A DNA stretch of 46,221 bases, from positions 1-46,221 of the forward strand of contig JAPUGL010000057.1 of the NCBI GenBank assembly GCA_027292775.1, written 5' to 3'. The DNA comes from Gammaproteobacteria bacterium (GTDB taxonomy: Bacteria > Pseudomonadota > Gammaproteobacteria > Steroidobacterales > MnTg04). Under the pieces are notes generated by a model. That model did no database searches and was not told the origin of the DNA. It saw nothing but the letters and a program-made list of their open reading frames with translations. A program made the translations under genes and the position numbers. Shown piece after piece: positions 1 through 8,137 of the stretch (within the stretch, counting starts at the first letter, position 1; the number at the start of each line of letters is the position of its first letter).

Positions 1-162
1 TATGAGCAGCTCAAGGAGCTGTCCCGCGGCCGGCAAATTACCCGCGACCAGCTACAGGCTTTCGTCCGTGGTCTGGATATTCCGGAGCAGGCCCGCGCAG
101 CGCTGCTGGATCTATCGCCGGAGACCTATCTCGGCATGTCCAGATCGCGGCGGCGGACCTGA
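1..162 (+). CDS. purB: Adenylosuccinate lyase, 3' end (partial)
   Basis: Frame 1 (not in the ORF track) reads YEQLKELSRGRQITRDQLQAFVRGLDIPEQARAALLDLSPETYLG, matching the PurB C-terminal pattern YExLKELTRG...L...P..YIG; stop TGA at 160-162. Confidence 0.85.
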   Translation, partial: YEQLKELSRGRQITRDQLQAFVRGLDIPEQARAALLDLSPETYLGMSRSRRRT

Positions 163-171
163 TCGCGGAAA

Positions 172-660
172 ATGCCTGGCGAAAGCGGTCTGCCGGCAAC
201 GATCGAGACCCGTGACCAGGCCGTGGCTGCATTCGAGCAGCTGATACTCGCTGCGACGGCTGCGCTGAATATTGTGAGCGACCGGCTGAATCCTGCATTG
301 TTTAATGACCCCGTCCTGATCGAGGCTTTGCGCCAGAAAATTTTACAAAGAAGGCGAATGCTGATCAGGGTTCTTATCCGGCAGCCGCGCCAGCCCGTCA
401 TCAATGCGCCGAGATTTTTTGCCCTGGCCAGACGGCTGGGCAGTAACTTCGAAATGCGTGCAGCGCGGCGGGACACCAGCCTGACTGCATCGCTCATCAT
501 CCGCGACCGGCACTCGATGATTTATCGGCCATCGTTCGAACGTTGGGATGGCCAGCTGATTTCCGCAGACCCGATTGGCATAAAGGAATGGCTGGAAACC
601 TTCGATAGCGCCTGGGACAACGCCAGCGAAACGCCCGAGCTACGCGAAACAAGATTGTAA
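172..660 (+). CDS. Conserved hypothetical protein of the type usually found fused or adjacent to a GNAT acetyltransferase downstream of purB (DUF7931-like)
   Basis: 162-aa ORF with pattern L.I.S..L.P.LF....IRVLI......RRL.S..E.R....IYRP...R..G.....FD..W; position after purB. Confidence 0.6.
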   Translation: MPGESGLPATIETRDQAVAAFEQLILAATAALNIVSDRLNPALFNDPVLIEALRQKILQRRRMLIRVLIRQPRQPVINAPRFFALARRLGSNFEMRAARRDTSLTASLIIRDRHSMIYRPSFERWDGQLISADPIGIKEWLETFDSAWDNASETPELRETRL

Positions 661-699
661 AATCGTCTGTACCGGCTCGTTCATGAATAATCTGTGCCG

Positions 700-3018
700 T
701 CAGGGGCCGACCGTCAGCACGAATCCTTCACTGTGGCTGGGGTTCTCCGCACCGTTATCAAATGCGGTGATTATCATCAACTGGCTGCCAAACAGATCCG
801 GCAAGCGCGTAATCGTGACCTGGCCGGTGTTCGGGTCGATGCTGATCGCCGCGAAATCTATAGGCGGGCTGATCGTGTAGGTCACCGTCTGAGACGTTTC
901 ATCCGGGTTGACTGCGGCCGGCGTGACCGCGAAACCGACGACACCGGGGAAATTCAGGGGCAATACAATATCACCGGGGATACTGAAAACGGGCGCGTCG
1001 TTTATCGCCGTTACCGTAAAAAGAAAATTCTGCTGCCAGGTGTTGTTTACAGCCTGGCCATCGTCGGCCGTAATGGTGAAAATCTGGCCGCCATTCATGT
1101 TTGCCGCCGCGGTCGCGCTCAGCGTGCCGCTGGCAGGATCGAAAACCAGGTTTGCGAAGCCTGTCAGGGCCGGGTCGGGGCTGATGCTGTAAATGACACT
1201 CTGTCCGGACTCGTCCGCGGTCACCGGGCCGGGGACTACGCCACGCACCACGGTGCCAGCGAAATCTTCCGCCAGCAATAAATCTGCAACGCTGAATGCG
1301 GGCGGGTTATTGACGTCCGTCACCGACAATAAAAAGCTGTCGCTGACCGACTCAGCGAGGTCACTGGCCGAGACAGTCAGATTGAGCGGCCCGGACTTGG
1401 CATCGGAATCGGATGGAAACCCGCTGAGGATTCCACTGACCGGGTCAAACTGCAGACCGCTTCCCGTGGGCAGGCCAAGCAGCGCAAATGAAAGCGCGTC
1501 ACCATCGCTGTCGCTGAAAAAGGCCGCCAGGTTGATCGAGAAGAACTGGCCTTCGGTCGCCGTTGAATCCGGCACCGGTTGCAACAGTTGTGGCGCATTC
1601 GGCGTCGTAATCGTCAGCGACTGGCTGGCCGTGCTGATGAGGCCCGCCTCGTCCCGGACCGTCCAGACGACCGTATGCAAGCCAACGGGAAAGCCAGCGG
1701 CGGGTGCGTCGTTGCTAACGATCAGCAGACCCACGGTGGTGACGTTGTCCGCCACCACCGGTAGCCCCAGGTTGACCACGGTCAGCGCCCCATCTTGTAC
1801 CTGGGTAATATCCGCGGGCGCTTGTATGGATGGCGCCGCCTGGTCCCGGACCGCGACCCGCGTGGTAGCCAGCGATGTATTTCCCGAACTGTCGGTCGCG
1901 ATGAACGTGACCAGGGTTTCACCGAGCGCGAAGATCGGTGGCGCATCGTGAATAATCTGTACCGGATCACCGCTGTCGTCCACCGCCTGGACCTGGGCAA
2001 GCGTTCCCGCGATAGCCGGGTCTGCGGCCAGGGTTCCGTTTGCGTCGCTTGCGGCGACAGTAAAAGGCGGCGGTACTTGCAAGAACACCGGGGCGATGGT
2101 GTCACCGGATGGTGGATTGACGGAGCAAGCAGTCGGGTCGACCACTGGCACCGCGGTACCGGAAAATACCACGAAGTTGTTATTGCGGAACCTGATAACC
2201 TGACCGTTCAGATCGAGATCGGTCGGCAGTGCGACAAAACTGCCATTCAGGGAAAAATAGACGGTGCCAGCGGAGTCCTGACCGTTCAGCAAGCAATCGG
2301 ACAAATCCTGGCTGACCGCCTCTACCATGCTGAATATAGGAACCGGTATTCCATTTCTGACGGCGATATCGTTCAGGACATTGGCGAGCCCGCCGAGCAG
2401 CAGAGCATATTGTCTTTGTTCTTCCGGTGAGGCTGGGTCCGGTGCAATCGGATCCTGCGGCAGAACCGTAAAAATATCGAACCCGAAAACTTGTATCGCT
2501 TCGCTGCGGACCGCATCGACCGCAACCGGGAAACTCACTGGTCCGGTACGCATACGGGCCCTCGTCAACATGGCCTGGCTGATGATATTGATCGCAGCAG
2601 TGGAACTCCCCGACAAGGCCAGACCCTGCAATTCATCGTTGGCTGCCAATTGAATCACCCGTTTTAGCGCCGGGTCTGGCGTCGAATCGGATTCATCGAC
2701 GTAGCTGCCACCGCGGCTTGTGGCTATCAGCAATTGCGCGCCTGAATTGAGGGTAGCGAACCAGTGACCGGTGCCATCGGTGACAGTGCTTAGCAAAGAA
2801 CCCGAACCGCTCGGTTGACCGGCGACATCAGCAGGCCAAAGATCGATATTCGCATCCGCAATCGGCCCCTTTGACGCCACTCCTTCGATGCTTACCGCCG
2901 TTAACGTCTCGGTCGTTGCGCTGGCAGCATTATCGTCGCTGCCACTGCCGCAGCCGGTCATCGCCAGCAGAACGGCGGCCAGGCTCGTGCGCAATATTGT
3001 CGAATACGATAGGTACAT
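700..3018 (-). CDS. Large surface lipoprotein with HYR x2, putative-Ig (He_PIG) and two cadherin-like repeats; adhesin-like
   Basis: Lipobox-like LLAMTG|C followed by a GSGSDD linker. HYR motifs DTIAPVF...FALGETLVTFIATDSSGN and DQAAPSIQAPADIT...FPVGLHTVVWTVRDEAG. He_PIG motif FSDSDGDALSF..GLP.GSGLQFDPVSGILSG. NNPP/NDAP cadherin-type linkers. Confidence 0.8.
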   Translation of the reverse strand: MYLSYSTILRTSLAAVLLAMTGCGSGSDDNAASATTETLTAVSIEGVASKGPIADANIDLWPADVAGQPSGSGSLLSTVTDGTGHWFATLNSGAQLLIATSRGGSYVDESDSTPDPALKRVIQLAANDELQGLALSGSSTAAINIISQAMLTRARMRTGPVSFPVAVDAVRSEAIQVFGFDIFTVLPQDPIAPDPASPEEQRQYALLLGGLANVLNDIAVRNGIPVPIFSMVEAVSQDLSDCLLNGQDSAGTVYFSLNGSFVALPTDLDLNGQVIRFRNNNFVVFSGTAVPVVDPTACSVNPPSGDTIAPVFLQVPPPFTVAASDANGTLAADPAIAGTLAQVQAVDDSGDPVQIIHDAPPIFALGETLVTFIATDSSGNTSLATTRVAVRDQAAPSIQAPADITQVQDGALTVVNLGLPVVADNVTTVGLLIVSNDAPAAGFPVGLHTVVWTVRDEAGLISTASQSLTITTPNAPQLLQPVPDSTATEGQFFSINLAAFFSDSDGDALSFALLGLPTGSGLQFDPVSGILSGFPSDSDAKSGPLNLTVSASDLAESVSDSFLLSVTDVNNPPAFSVADLLLAEDFAGTVVRGVVPGPVTADESGQSVIYSISPDPALTGFANLVFDPASGTLSATAAANMNGGQIFTITADDGQAVNNTWQQNFLFTVTAINDAPVFSIPGDIVLPLNFPGVVGFAVTPAAVNPDETSQTVTYTISPPIDFAAISIDPNTGQVTITRLPDLFGSQLMIITAFDNGAENPSHSEGFVLTVGP

Positions 3019-3083
3019 CTTCCGGTCCGCTTTTTAGGCCTTACATAATCCTTGGCAGTGTGTCCTTATTGGTCCAAATTTTA

Positions 3084-3099
3084 CGTGTCTTACATCACA
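3084..3099. promoter_or_regulatory. CRP-family box upstream of the lipoprotein gene
   Basis: CGTGT-cttaca-TCACA, 8/10 match to TGTGA-N6-TCACA. Confidence 0.5.
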
Positions 3100-3135
3100 C
3101 ATACGGCCGCCAACCCAATGGTTGTCATAGCCGCT

Positions 3136-3176
3136 AAAAAAAAGCAGGCGGCCGGACCGATGGTCACGACCGCCTG
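3136..3176 (-). terminator. Rho-independent terminator after the FecR-domain gene
   Basis: Minus strand caggcggtcg-tgacc-atc-ggtc-cggccgcctg then C and T8, 24 nt after the stop. Confidence 0.85.
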
Positions 3177-3200
3177 TCGTATTGGTTATCGCGGATTGAC

Positions 3201-4739
3201 TTATTCGCCGCCGGGCGGATCATCGGCACTAAATGCAGCAGCACCAGTCACTGAAGTCCCCTGGCCGTCGTCCAGCGAATAGCCGAAACCCGCACCTGAA
3301 ACATCGCCGTTTCCATCGCCGGTGAAAAACCCGCTAAGGCTTCCATCGCCCTGGCTAGCCGACCCGTCAGTGGTATCGGTAACGGTAACGTCATCGAATG
3401 AGCCGCCAAAGGTCGCATCCGCGTTGTCGATTGCAATATCGGTCGCCGACGCGCTCCAGATTTCGTTGTTGGAATCCATAGACAGCGAGACATCAGCGTC
3501 AACCGTCTGCCGGTCAAAATCGGCACTCAGGCTCGCGGAACCCAGGGTACCGACGTTGCCCGAATTATCGGTCGGGTTGGTATTACCGACCAGCGTGAAG
3601 CTTGCCGAGCCGGTGGTCGGCAGCACGGGTGTCGGCTGGCCGACAGACCCGGTTACCCAGTGCAGGCTCGAATTCCCGAGATCCTGGTCGGTGCTCGTGC
3701 CGCTGCCATCGATTACGGAAATCGAACCATTGGCCCAGCGACCCCAGCGAATACCGGACGCGGCGTCCTCGCCGCGGTCGAAAATCTCGGCACTGCCGAC
3801 GCTGTAAATGACATCGCTTGTATTGCCTTGGGGATCTGTCGGGATCGGTCCGCCAAACTGAATCAGGTCACCATCGTCGGTCATCAGGACCGATGCATCT
3901 GAACCGGACGTAACGCCGCTGAAATGGTCGGCTGTCGCCAACGGACCGGCTGCAAATCCGATCTGGCCCGACTGTGAGGCCTGGACCTCGTCGCCTTCGG
4001 TCAGGCTTGCCGACTGGCCGCTGCCATCGGTGCCGGAAACGGCTACCTGGACCACTGCGTCGGATTCTTCGCTCTCACCGGCCGAACCGATGCCTGAGGC
4101 GAGTACATCCGCGCCATCGTCCGACATCTCCGGGGCGCTGTCTTCATCCGCTACATAGCCGTACTGGCCGGGACCAAGCTCAAGCGATCCCGCTGCGTTA
4201 GTCAAGACGACGCCGCCTTCCGTTACACCGACATAGAGGCCGATGTTTCCTGGCTCACACGCAGTCTCACAAAAAACCGCATCATAATCTGTTCCGCGTA
4301 TGCCGATCGTAGCGACCGGAGTGCGCACACGGTAAGCGCTTTTATCTTTTTGCCCAATGGCGCCGGTTATTGATCGAAATCCGCCTTTTACCAGCCCAAA
4401 AAAGCTTCGATCCTGGCTATCGGCTACGCCGGCATCGGCATCGGCATCGGAGCCGGCATAGGAAAACTCTTCGATCACGAACTCCGTCGATGGCCTCAGG
4501 GCGATCAGTCCGCCGTCCGCCATTCGCAACTGCACCCGCCCGTTCGCAGCGGTGCTGAAATGATCTCCACTATCGAAGCTCATTCCCTTTACTACTTCCT
4601 GGTGGGTTCCATCCGTGCTATCCAGCCAAGCCTGTCCGAAAACAAACATGACTTTCCCTGCCTCTGCCGAAACAATCATCGGCAGCATCAGCATGGCTGT
4701 CAGGAGTAATCCCTTCGTCAATGCAAAATGTTTATTCAT
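3201..4739 (-). CDS. Secreted FecR-domain protein with C-terminal TbpB-like beta-barrel (probable T11SS cargo)
   Basis: Sec signal peptide (MIVSA|EA). FecR-like domain with motif YRVRTPVATIGIRGT. WGRW motif. C-terminal PTTGSASF...SLSADFDRQTV...LSGFFTG...AGFGYSL...VTGAAAF pattern of transferrin-binding-protein-like barrels. Confidence 0.75.
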   Translation of the reverse strand: MNKHFALTKGLLLTAMLMLPMIVSAEAGKVMFVFGQAWLDSTDGTHQEVVKGMSFDSGDHFSTAANGRVQLRMADGGLIALRPSTEFVIEEFSYAGSDADADAGVADSQDRSFFGLVKGGFRSITGAIGQKDKSAYRVRTPVATIGIRGTDYDAVFCETACEPGNIGLYVGVTEGGVVLTNAAGSLELGPGQYGYVADEDSAPEMSDDGADVLASGIGSAGESEESDAVVQVAVSGTDGSGQSASLTEGDEVQASQSGQIGFAAGPLATADHFSGVTSGSDASVLMTDDGDLIQFGGPIPTDPQGNTSDVIYSVGSAEIFDRGEDAASGIRWGRWANGSISVIDGSGTSTDQDLGNSSLHWVTGSVGQPTPVLPTTGSASFTLVGNTNPTDNSGNVGTLGSASLSADFDRQTVDADVSLSMDSNNEIWSASATDIAIDNADATFGGSFDDVTVTDTTDGSASQGDGSLSGFFTGDGNGDVSGAGFGYSLDDGQGTSVTGAAAFSADDPPGGE

Positions 4740-4815
4740 GGTCTTACCTGTCTTCCCGCCTGGTTTGAGGCAATTTTTCCGGCAAGGATAAATTAGGGTA
4801 TTTCCTTAAAAGCGC

Positions 4816-4831
4816 TGTGAACGGCTTCACA
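4816..4831. promoter_or_regulatory. Perfect CRP-family box (proximal) upstream of the FecR-domain gene
   Basis: TGTGA-acggct-TCACA; centre about -40.5 from a candidate minus-strand -10 TAATTT (4795-4790). Confidence 0.75.
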
Positions 4832-4878
4832 CTTGGTAAGACCTTCCCAAAAATATGTTCAATGGAACACGCTGAATG

Positions 4879-4894
4879 TGTGACTCGCGTCACA
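4879..4894. promoter_or_regulatory. Perfect CRP-family box (distal)
   Basis: TGTGA-ctcgcg-TCACA followed by TTT; 63 bp from the proximal box. Confidence 0.75.
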
Positions 4895-4926
4895 TTTCCC
4901 GGACCGGGCCGGGAATGGTCCATTTC

Positions 4927-6249
4927 CTACCGCCAGAATCGTCTCAGTGACAGGCCCGCGACGTCCCGATCGAAACCGAATATTTCGACGTTGGAATGAT
5001 TCTTTTGATGTGAGTAATAGTAATTTAACAACCAGTGCCGACTGACCTTCCAGGACATGCGTAGCGTGATTTGGCTCAGCGTGTCCCGGCGGTCGTTATT
5101 TACCTGTTGAGGGAAAAAAATATCGTCATATTCAGACCGGCTTACGCCCACCATCGTCTGGAATCTGACATTGCTATTGAAATTCCAGGCAACGAATACC
5201 TGCAAGCCGGCGATGTAACGGCTGTATTTCGAACTCGATAGTCGGGCATTGTCGCGGCCGAGCAACACTGTCGCACCTGTATTACCCAACCCCGAAGCGC
5301 CAAAAACCCGGCTGATCGTGGACCCGATAAGGAACTGGTCGACATCCCGAACATCCTGATTGTCGGCGAACCGAATCATGGTCAGTTTTCCTAGCACACC
5401 GAAATAGGTTTTCCTGTTCAGTTTGTGTTCGTAATCCCCTTCCAGACTGATGCCCTGGCTGTTTAATTCGCCATCGGTATTCAACCGATAACCCATCAGG
5501 CCGCCGGAGTATTGAATCGTGTCGCCGACCTTCCTGATTCGTGAGCGAATGCTACCCAGGGTCGTATTTACGAAGGAAGCATCCGGATAATTTTTTTGTC
5601 CCAGATCCGCTCGCGTGGTCCAGATCAGTCCTCTTTCGAAGGGCCGTTCAATCTCGCCTCCCAACAAATATGAAGTATAAGGGCTGTCAGTCTCCCTGCT
5701 TTCAGGATCAAGCAAAAAGCCAAGAAACGTACTGGTCTCTGTCGCCGCATTGGCATTGCTGTCAAAACCCGCGGCAATCTGCACGTACGACTGGTAACGG
5801 TTTTTCCCCGGTTGTGCCCTGCTGTCGATTCGAGCCAGTAGATTCCGAATTTCCCGTCGCGCTGCCGGTGGTGGATTCTCGTCACGAATTATCAGCAAAT
5901 GGAATCTTGCTTCCACCAAATTCTCTTCGACAAAATATGCGCGGGCAAGATCAAGACGCGCCGCGGCGAAAGATGGATCATTGTTGACGGTCCGTTGCAA
6001 AGCGAAAATCGCCTTGCCGGTATGACCTGTTTCGAGCAACGCCAGCCCGAACAGGTAATCGAACCGGCTGTTACCGGCCAGCTGCGGTTCGATGGGCGAA
6101 AGAATTTCGAGCGCCTGCGCAGGCTGCCCCACGTTCAACATTTCCTGTGCTTTTCGCAGACTTTCGTCGGAGGCCAAAGCCACGGCGCTATACGCCAGGG
6201 CCAGCATGGCCATCAGCGATTTGAAAATCCGATCAGAATTGGATGTCAT
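4927..6249 (-). CDS. Slam/DUF560-like outer-membrane translocon (type 11 secretion): TPR N-domain + beta-barrel
   Basis: GGAGG RBS. Signal peptide (AVALA|SD). TPR helices FDYLFGLALLETG...AIFALQR..ARLDLARAYF, then PP and GFDSNAN at the barrel start. Alternating amphipathic strands ending ...SNVEIFGFDR..AGLSLRRF. Confidence 0.75.
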   Translation of the reverse strand: MTSNSDRIFKSLMAMLALAYSAVALASDESLRKAQEMLNVGQPAQALEILSPIEPQLAGNSRFDYLFGLALLETGHTGKAIFALQRTVNNDPSFAAARLDLARAYFVEENLVEARFHLLIIRDENPPPAARREIRNLLARIDSRAQPGKNRYQSYVQIAAGFDSNANAATETSTFLGFLLDPESRETDSPYTSYLLGGEIERPFERGLIWTTRADLGQKNYPDASFVNTTLGSIRSRIRKVGDTIQYSGGLMGYRLNTDGELNSQGISLEGDYEHKLNRKTYFGVLGKLTMIRFADNQDVRDVDQFLIGSTISRVFGASGLGNTGATVLLGRDNARLSSSKYSRYIAGLQVFVAWNFNSNVRFQTMVGVSRSEYDDIFFPQQVNNDRRDTLSQITLRMSWKVSRHWLLNYYYSHQKNHSNVEIFGFDRDVAGLSLRRFWR

Positions 6250-6347
6250 GCAGTATCAGCCTCCCTGGCTGCCAATGCTCCCTGCATCCGATATTTTACA
6301 TAACAACGCAGTTGTATAGCAGAATAGACAATATGGCAGGCGGCAAA

Positions 6348-6384
6348 CGTGAAGGAATTCACAGTTTGTGCGAAGGGATTCACG
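6348..6384. promoter_or_regulatory. Tandem CRP-family boxes between the divergent Slam-like and nudJ genes
   Basis: CGTGA-aggaat-TCACA (6348-6363) and TGCGA-agggat-TCACG (6369-6384), 21 bp apart; the first is centred at -41.5 from a minus-strand -10 TATTCT (6326-6321). Confidence 0.65.
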
Positions 6385-6426
6385 GATTGCTCAGCTGCCT
6401 GGTTGTGCTGACGGTATACTTCCGGG

Positions 6427-6903
6427 ATGTCGTGGATTCCTCATGTAACAGTCGCTGCGGTCATCCACAAGGATGGCCGTTTTTTATTGGTCGAAGAGTT
6501 CGCCAACGATCGAGAGGTTTTGAATCAGCCTGCCGGTCATCTCGATCCAGGCGAGAGCCTGGTCGAGGCGGTGGTTCGTGAAACGCTGGAAGAAACAGCC
6601 TGGCGTTTCGAGCCAAAAGCTCTATGCGGCATATACCAGTGGACCCATCCTGAGAAACAAAAGACTTTTATTCGGTTTGCCTTTACCGGTGATGTCCTTG
6701 AGCATCTTCCGGGTTGCGATCTGGATGCCGGCATCATACGTGCGGTCTGGCTGGACAGAGGGCAGGTGCTTGCCCGTTCCGGCCAACTTCGCAGCCCAAT
6801 GGTCATGCGTTGTATCGATGACTATCTCGCGGGCCAACGGTTTCCCCTGAATCTGGTAAGACATCTGCCATTGACCGGCAAAAATCGCGAGCAGGCTTCC
6901 TAA
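6427..6903 (+). CDS. nudJ: NUDIX hydrolase (NudJ/YmfB family)
   Basis: PHVTVA start, NQPAGHLDPGESLVEAVVRETLEET Nudix box, LRSPMV; directly upstream of mnmA as is typical. Confidence 0.9.
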   Translation: MSWIPHVTVAAVIHKDGRFLLVEEFANDREVLNQPAGHLDPGESLVEAVVRETLEETAWRFEPKALCGIYQWTHPEKQKTFIRFAFTGDVLEHLPGCDLDAGIIRAVWLDRGQVLARSGQLRSPMVMRCIDDYLAGQRFPLNLVRHLPLTGKNREQAS

Positions 6904-6965
6904 CCCGCAAAAAAGAATTGCGTTTATAATAAGGTCTTTGCCAACCCGATTCGGATTGCAGACCA

Positions 6966-8105
6966 ATGCCTGCCAATAGCCCAGAACGAGTAATAGTTGG
7001 AATGTCCGGTGGTGTAGATTCATCGGTCGCCGCATTTCAGTTGTTAACGGCTGGCTACGATGTACACGGCTTGTTCATGAACAACTGGGAGGACGATGAG
7101 GACGGCTATTGCCAGTCGGCGCAGGACTATCAGGATGCACGGCAGGTATGCGGGAAACTCGGTATCCCGTTGCACAAGGTGGATTTTGCGGAGGAATATC
7201 GCGAGCGCGTTTTCAGCTACTTCCTTGAAGAGATTCAAGCCGGAAGAACTCCAAACCCGGATGTGCTGTGCAATCGCGAAATCAAGTTCGGCACTTTCCG
7301 CGAATATGCCATACGTCTCGGCGCCCGCTACATCGCAACCGGTCACTATGTCAGAGTCGATCACCCGCCTTCCGGTACCAGACTGCTAAAAGGACTGGAT
7401 CGGGCAAAAGATCAGAGCTACTTTCTGAATTCGGTCCCCGTGGAGGCTCTCCGCGATGCGATTTTCCCAATCGGAGAAATGCAGAAAGCAGAGGTCCGAT
7501 CGATCGCCCGCCAGCAGGGTTTTGATAATTTTGGAAAGAAAGATAGCACCGGCATTTGCTTTATCGGCGAACGCCATTTCCGCAGCTTTCTGGAAACCTA
7601 TCTGCCAGCCACCCCTGGCGATATTCGCAATCCGGATGGCGAGCTTTTGGGTCGGCACGATGGCCTGATGTATTACACGCTTGGTCAAAGACAGGGGCTG
7701 GGTATTGGCGGTCGCAAGGGACACGCCGAGTCACCGTGGTATGTCGCCCACAAGAATCTGGAGAGCAATACGCTGACGGTTGTCCAGGGGCACGATCATC
7801 CGTTGTTGTACAGCAATAGTCTGCGGGCGAGCGACGGTCGCTGGATAGGCACGCGACCCGAAAATGGCGCCCGCCTTGCTGCCAAGACACGATACCGGCA
7901 GAAAGATCATCCTTGCACGGTAACGATAGATGATCAGGGGAACTTCGAACTGATTTTCGATGCTGCTCAAAGAGCAGTAACACCAGGCCAGTTTGCGGTG
8001 CTCTACGATGGCGAACAATGCCTGGGCGGCGGCGTCATTGAATCGACCATGCCGCTCGTAGCGGACCAAGTCTATCTTAGCACCGGCCAACGCGATGCCG
8101 TATAA
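6966..8105 (+). CDS. mnmA: tRNA-specific 2-thiouridylase MnmA
   Basis: [43 protein letters not shown] motifs. Confidence 0.98.
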   Translation: MPANSPERVIVGMSGGVDSSVAAFQLLTAGYDVHGLFMNNWEDDEDGYCQSAQDYQDARQVCGKLGIPLHKVDFAEEYRERVFSYFLEEIQAGRTPNPDVLCNREIKFGTFREYAIRLGARYIATGHYVRVDHPPSGTRLLKGLDRAKDQSYFLNSVPVEALRDAIFPIGEMQKAEVRSIARQQGFDNFGKKDSTGICFIGERHFRSFLETYLPATPGDIRNPDGELLGRHDGLMYYTLGQRQGLGIGGRKGHAESPWYVAHKNLESNTLTVVQGHDHPLLYSNSLRASDGRWIGTRPENGARLAAKTRYRQKDHPCTVTIDDQGNFELIFDAAQRAVTPGQFAVLYDGEQCLGGGVIESTMPLVADQVYLSTGQRDAV

Positions 8106-8106
8106 T
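8101..8106 (+). promoter_or_regulatory. Candidate sigma70 -10 element for acnA overlapping the mnmA stop codon
   Basis: Perfect TATAAT 31 nt before the acnA ATG; GGAG RBS at 8129-8132; no clear -35. Confidence 0.4.
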
Positions 8107-8137
8107 TTGCGGCTTAGCCTTTCATACCGGAGACCTC

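Noticed and set aside
694-2653. Long plus-strand ORFs opposite the lipoprotein (and similar ones opposite sucB, lpdA, OPT)
   Set aside because: These are antisense shadows of genuine genes with biased codon use, and carry no recognisable motifs
3201-4739. Classical FecIRA iron-signalling cassette
   Set aside because: No ECF sigma or TonB-dependent receptor is adjacent, and the protein has a cleavable signal rather than an anti-sigma N-domain plus TM
5114-5120. A7 homopolymer in the Slam-like gene as a phase-variation tract
   Set aside because: The run is short, the frame is intact, and similar runs occur in housekeeping genes here
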